Below, one piece after another: positions 60,655 to 64,000 of a stretch of DNA of 64,000 nucleotides (the first letter of the stretch is position 1; every line of letters begins with the position of its first letter). The notes beneath the pieces are model-generated. The model saw only the letters and a list, made by a program, of their open reading frames with translations, ran no database searches and was not told the origin of the DNA. Both the position numbers and the translations under genes were made by a program. The stretch lies in NCBI GenBank assembly GCA_044892525.1, contig CM097885.1:189100001-189164000 (forward strand). Direction: 5' to 3'. Source of the DNA: Schmidtea polychroa. Taxonomy: Eukaryota.

Positions 60655-61220
60655 TGTAAGAGCTCTCCAAATATAAATTTTTCTAACTTTTATAGTCAAC
60701 AATGTGGACATTTAAATCAATTTTCTTGTACAAAAAGAATCTTTTTGCATCTATTAATCTAAATAAAAGACGAATTGTTACTGTTTGTCCACAATCAACG
60801 AAACTATTCGTAATTTCCAATGATGAAGATGTTTATTCATCAAATGACGAAAATATTGTTCAATATGCTGGTTTTGATGAATTTTTAAATTAAGTGACTC
60901 TTCATTACATAACAGTTACTATTCTTGATAGGCTTTACATAAATTATTGTCAATGCAAAGTCCATGATGACCGCAAATGCCATAAAATAATGAAAAAATA
61001 CTATCGACATGTGAATAAACGAGTTACCTTCTTTACTTACCTTTAAGAGCTCCCAAAATATAACTTTTTCTGACTTTTATAGTCAACACTGTACACATTT
61101 AAATCAATTTTCTTGTCCAAAGAAGAATCTTTTTGCATCTACAACCAGCGAAACTAATCGTAATTTCCGATGATGAGGATGTTCATTCATCAAATGACGA
61201 AAATATTGTTCAATATGGTG
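60655..61220. repeat. Local ~200-bp direct duplication (60655-60870 / 61040-61220)
   Basis: AAGAGCTC(T)CCAAATATAA...GAATCTTTTTGCATCTA...GATGAAGATGTT...GACGAAAATATTGTTCAATATG in both copies. Confidence 0.85.
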
Positions 61221-63700
61221 GTTCTAATGAACCTTTAATTAAATGTAATTTGAATAAGGCACATGCTGTTGTTAAAATGATTTCTTTAAATTTAAATAAA
61301 TTAATTATTCCTGCACCATTATTAACTAAATTAAATTCTGTTATATACGAAATGGGATATGTTAAAATTCAATTCTGCTTTGATGTAGAATTTGAAAAAG
61401 ATGAACAATTTCAGTCTTTTATAATATCTAATTCGACGAAACCCATTAGTGATACCTTTTTAGATGACAGTATTGCTCTTTTGAATGAAAAAATAACTCA
61501 AGTCTGTGAAAATGGTAGCAACTGGTCAATTAATAAAATTAAGGAAATTACTTTTAAATTGACAAAATATTCACAAATAAGTAGGTTAAGTGGTCACGGA
61601 GGTATTGATACTCCTCCAAAACTATCCTTAAAATATTGTAAAATATTATAAAATATGATGAGGTTAGTAGTTATGCCAGAAATAGAGCATCTAGTTATAA
61701 TCCATCAGATCTCGTCTTCGACTCTTGATTTGCCAATGAAATTGTGTGAGGCTAAAAATCCTGGATATATGATTAATGTTCTTTCGTATGATGAATTTGA
61801 CTTAATAAATGTTAATGATAAGGAAGTTTTGAAACATCCTTTTGTAGATGTCATACATTGGTCTAAAGTTGTAGGTGGAATTCCTATTAATTTAATTTCG
61901 TTGGAGGAAAGTGATTCTTTTCATTACACGGCAGTTACTAATCTTGACAGGCTTTTGAATTGTAAGACTGTTTCAAATGTTAGAATTCGGAGTATTTAGT
62001 GTAAACGATGCTTGAAGCTTTTAAGAAACATCAAGCATTATGTAAGAAAAACCAGCTTTGTATAGTTTACCTTGGTCTAAGATTGTGACTCCTCCTTTTG
62101 TTGTATATGCTGATTTTGAGGCTGTTTTAACTAAGGATGATAAATATTTTCGGCTCCACTTGCCGATTTCAGCCGGTCTATTATTAATTAATAATTTTAC
62201 TGGTGAAAAGATATATGAGTTTTTATGGATTAAACTGTATTGAACAGTTTTTGACTTAAATAAATAACATTGGTGAAAAAATAGTTTTACCTTACTTTTT
62301 AAATAATTCCAAAAAGAAAATGGAATTTCCTTCTTCTGACCAAAAAGATCCTTTCGTTCTTCAATAATTTGTTACTTGTGCAATAAACTATTAAAAAACC
62401 CAGTTAAAGATCATGATCATTACACATGTAAATATTTGGGAGCTGCTTGTTCCAAATGTAATATTTCAAGACAAATTAGGTTTATCATGCCTGTAATTTT
62501 TCATAATTTACGGGGATATGATTTACATCATATTCTCAAATATGATTTAAATGAAATGAAAAATTGGGATATTATTTGATAGTTTAAGCATTAGATTTAT
62601 GGATTATTGTCAATTTGTTAGTTCCAGTTTAAATGATGCAGTATAAACCCTGACATCTATGTCTTTAACATCAGCTGAATTTAGGGGACTATTGTTAATT
62701 CAAATGGGATATTCCCATATAATTTTTGCAACTTCTTTAGAAGTTTTAAAAGATACGTATGCCTTGCCGCCAATCTGGAAAGGTATCACGATCGATGAAT
62801 ATGAAATGGCACAACATAACTCGGAAGAATTTCATTGTGAATCATTGTTTAATTACATGATGTTATATCTTAAATTGGATGTTTTCTTACTAGCTGTCTA
62901 TTTTTAACACTCGCTCGCTCAAAATCTATTGAACATAACCGACTTGAATCTCTTAATTTCTTGGGAATTCCAGGCATTTGTTAACAAAAACTATGTAGTA
63001 TCCTCCAACAATACAGAACTTTTTTATATTGATATAAATAATTTGTATGGGTGGGGTTTAAGTCAAAAGCTTTCATATAAGGATTTTAAATGGCTAACCA
63101 ATAGAGGAGTTAAATAAAATAATTTATTTTTGTGAATCTGCAGATTTGGAAGTACTTTTATTTGGATTTACCGTGGAAATTGATTTGGAAATTCCTGATT
63201 CGATTCACGACAAATTAGATGATTTTCCAGTTGCCGCTGAAAGGATGTGTCCAGTTGGCTCTAAAGTTGAGAAGTTGATTCTTACACATCATCTCAAGAA
63301 GAACTATGTTCTTCATTGGAGATTTCTCAAGCTCTTTCTTTCTCTTTTGTTGTAATTCATGTAAATAGAGCAATTAAATTCAAAAACGATAATATATGAT
63401 ACTTAGTATTAGTCTTGCTAAATTAGGAAACTGTACTGGATTTATCTAAACTTAGAATGTATCAGCTGCAGTTACAAAGTTACAAAAATATCTTATAAAT
63501 TCAACTGTAAAATTAATATCGTTGCAGGTGATACGGATTCATTTTCCTTGAAGTTAAAAACTGTAAACTTGATGTTCTTTTACCAGACATGATCAGAGAT
63601 AATTTTCTTGACACTTCTAATTATGACCGTTATATTCAAGGTACCTTGATTCTGTCATTGGAAAGTTCAAAGACAGGAATACAGGGCTTTAATACAAGGA
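61133..63700 (+). pseudogene. Polinton pPolB, fragmented (second family)
   Basis: GSNWSI; VVYADFEA; DHDHYTCKYLGAACSKCN; IFHNLRGYDLH; YLKLDVFLLA; YIDINNLYG; EIDLEIP; DTDS; GKFKD. Confidence 0.85.
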
Positions 63701-63749
63701 GTGGGTGTTTCTTTGGCCTAAGTGTTATAGTCTGTTAGGAGCTGATGAG

Positions 63750-64000
63750 AATAAAATAGCTAAAACAGTGAATAAAATAATAGAGCCAGACAGCTACCCA
63801 TTACCTATAATAAGAGACATAATAAACAGAATAAACGGCGCAAAATACTTCTCAAAAATAGATTTGCAAAAATCATACCATCAGATCCCAATCAGAAAAG
63901 AGGACTTAAAAAGACAGCAATAACAATACCGATCGGAATGTTCGAATAAAACCGAACGCCTTTCGGTTTACGAAACGCCGCAGCAACCTTTCAACGATTC
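63750..64000 (+). pseudogene. Ty3/Gypsy reverse transcriptase fragment, runs off the window
   Basis: NKIIEPDSYPLPII...GAKYFSKIDLQKSYHQIP; PFGLRNAAATFQRF. Confidence 0.9.

Overview
AT-rich eukaryotic (invertebrate-like; species not determinable from sequence alone) scaffold window with three N-gaps. It is almost entirely nested transposable elements around one clearly intact host gene, an intronless mitochondrial dicarboxylate carrier (9793-10647). The main result is a minus-strand Ty3/Gypsy-type LTR element at 1-7485 whose second ORF is missing from the supplied ORF track because it runs off the window edge without a stop. I translated it by hand: it is open from ATG 4760 to position <1 (>=1586 codons). 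It reads as ONE polyprotein: two ubiquitin-like domains, a Bcl-2-like domain, an internal signal/anchor, a chuvirus-type (class III) envelope glycoprotein with TM, an aspartic protease (LLDSGS) and the start of the rest of pol. So env lies between gag and pro and is fused in frame to Pol. A decayed, divergent relative at ~47.1-52.4 kb keeps the same domain order. Other contents: a solo LTR of the same family with a 4-bp TSD; a decayed BEL/Pao element with ubiquitin fused to Gag and an RNF126/115-like fragment joined exactly at its PBS; an 8.2-kb deleted Polinton/Maverick with identical self-palindromic TIRs and a 6-bp TSD, inserted in a hAT transposase; an intact Tc1/mariner whose TIRs are 22-bp tandem arrays; a pogo/Tigger deletion derivative; and further hAT, Polinton, Penelope, Tc1 and Gypsy fragments. 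All homology calls are by-eye motif recognition; no database search was run.
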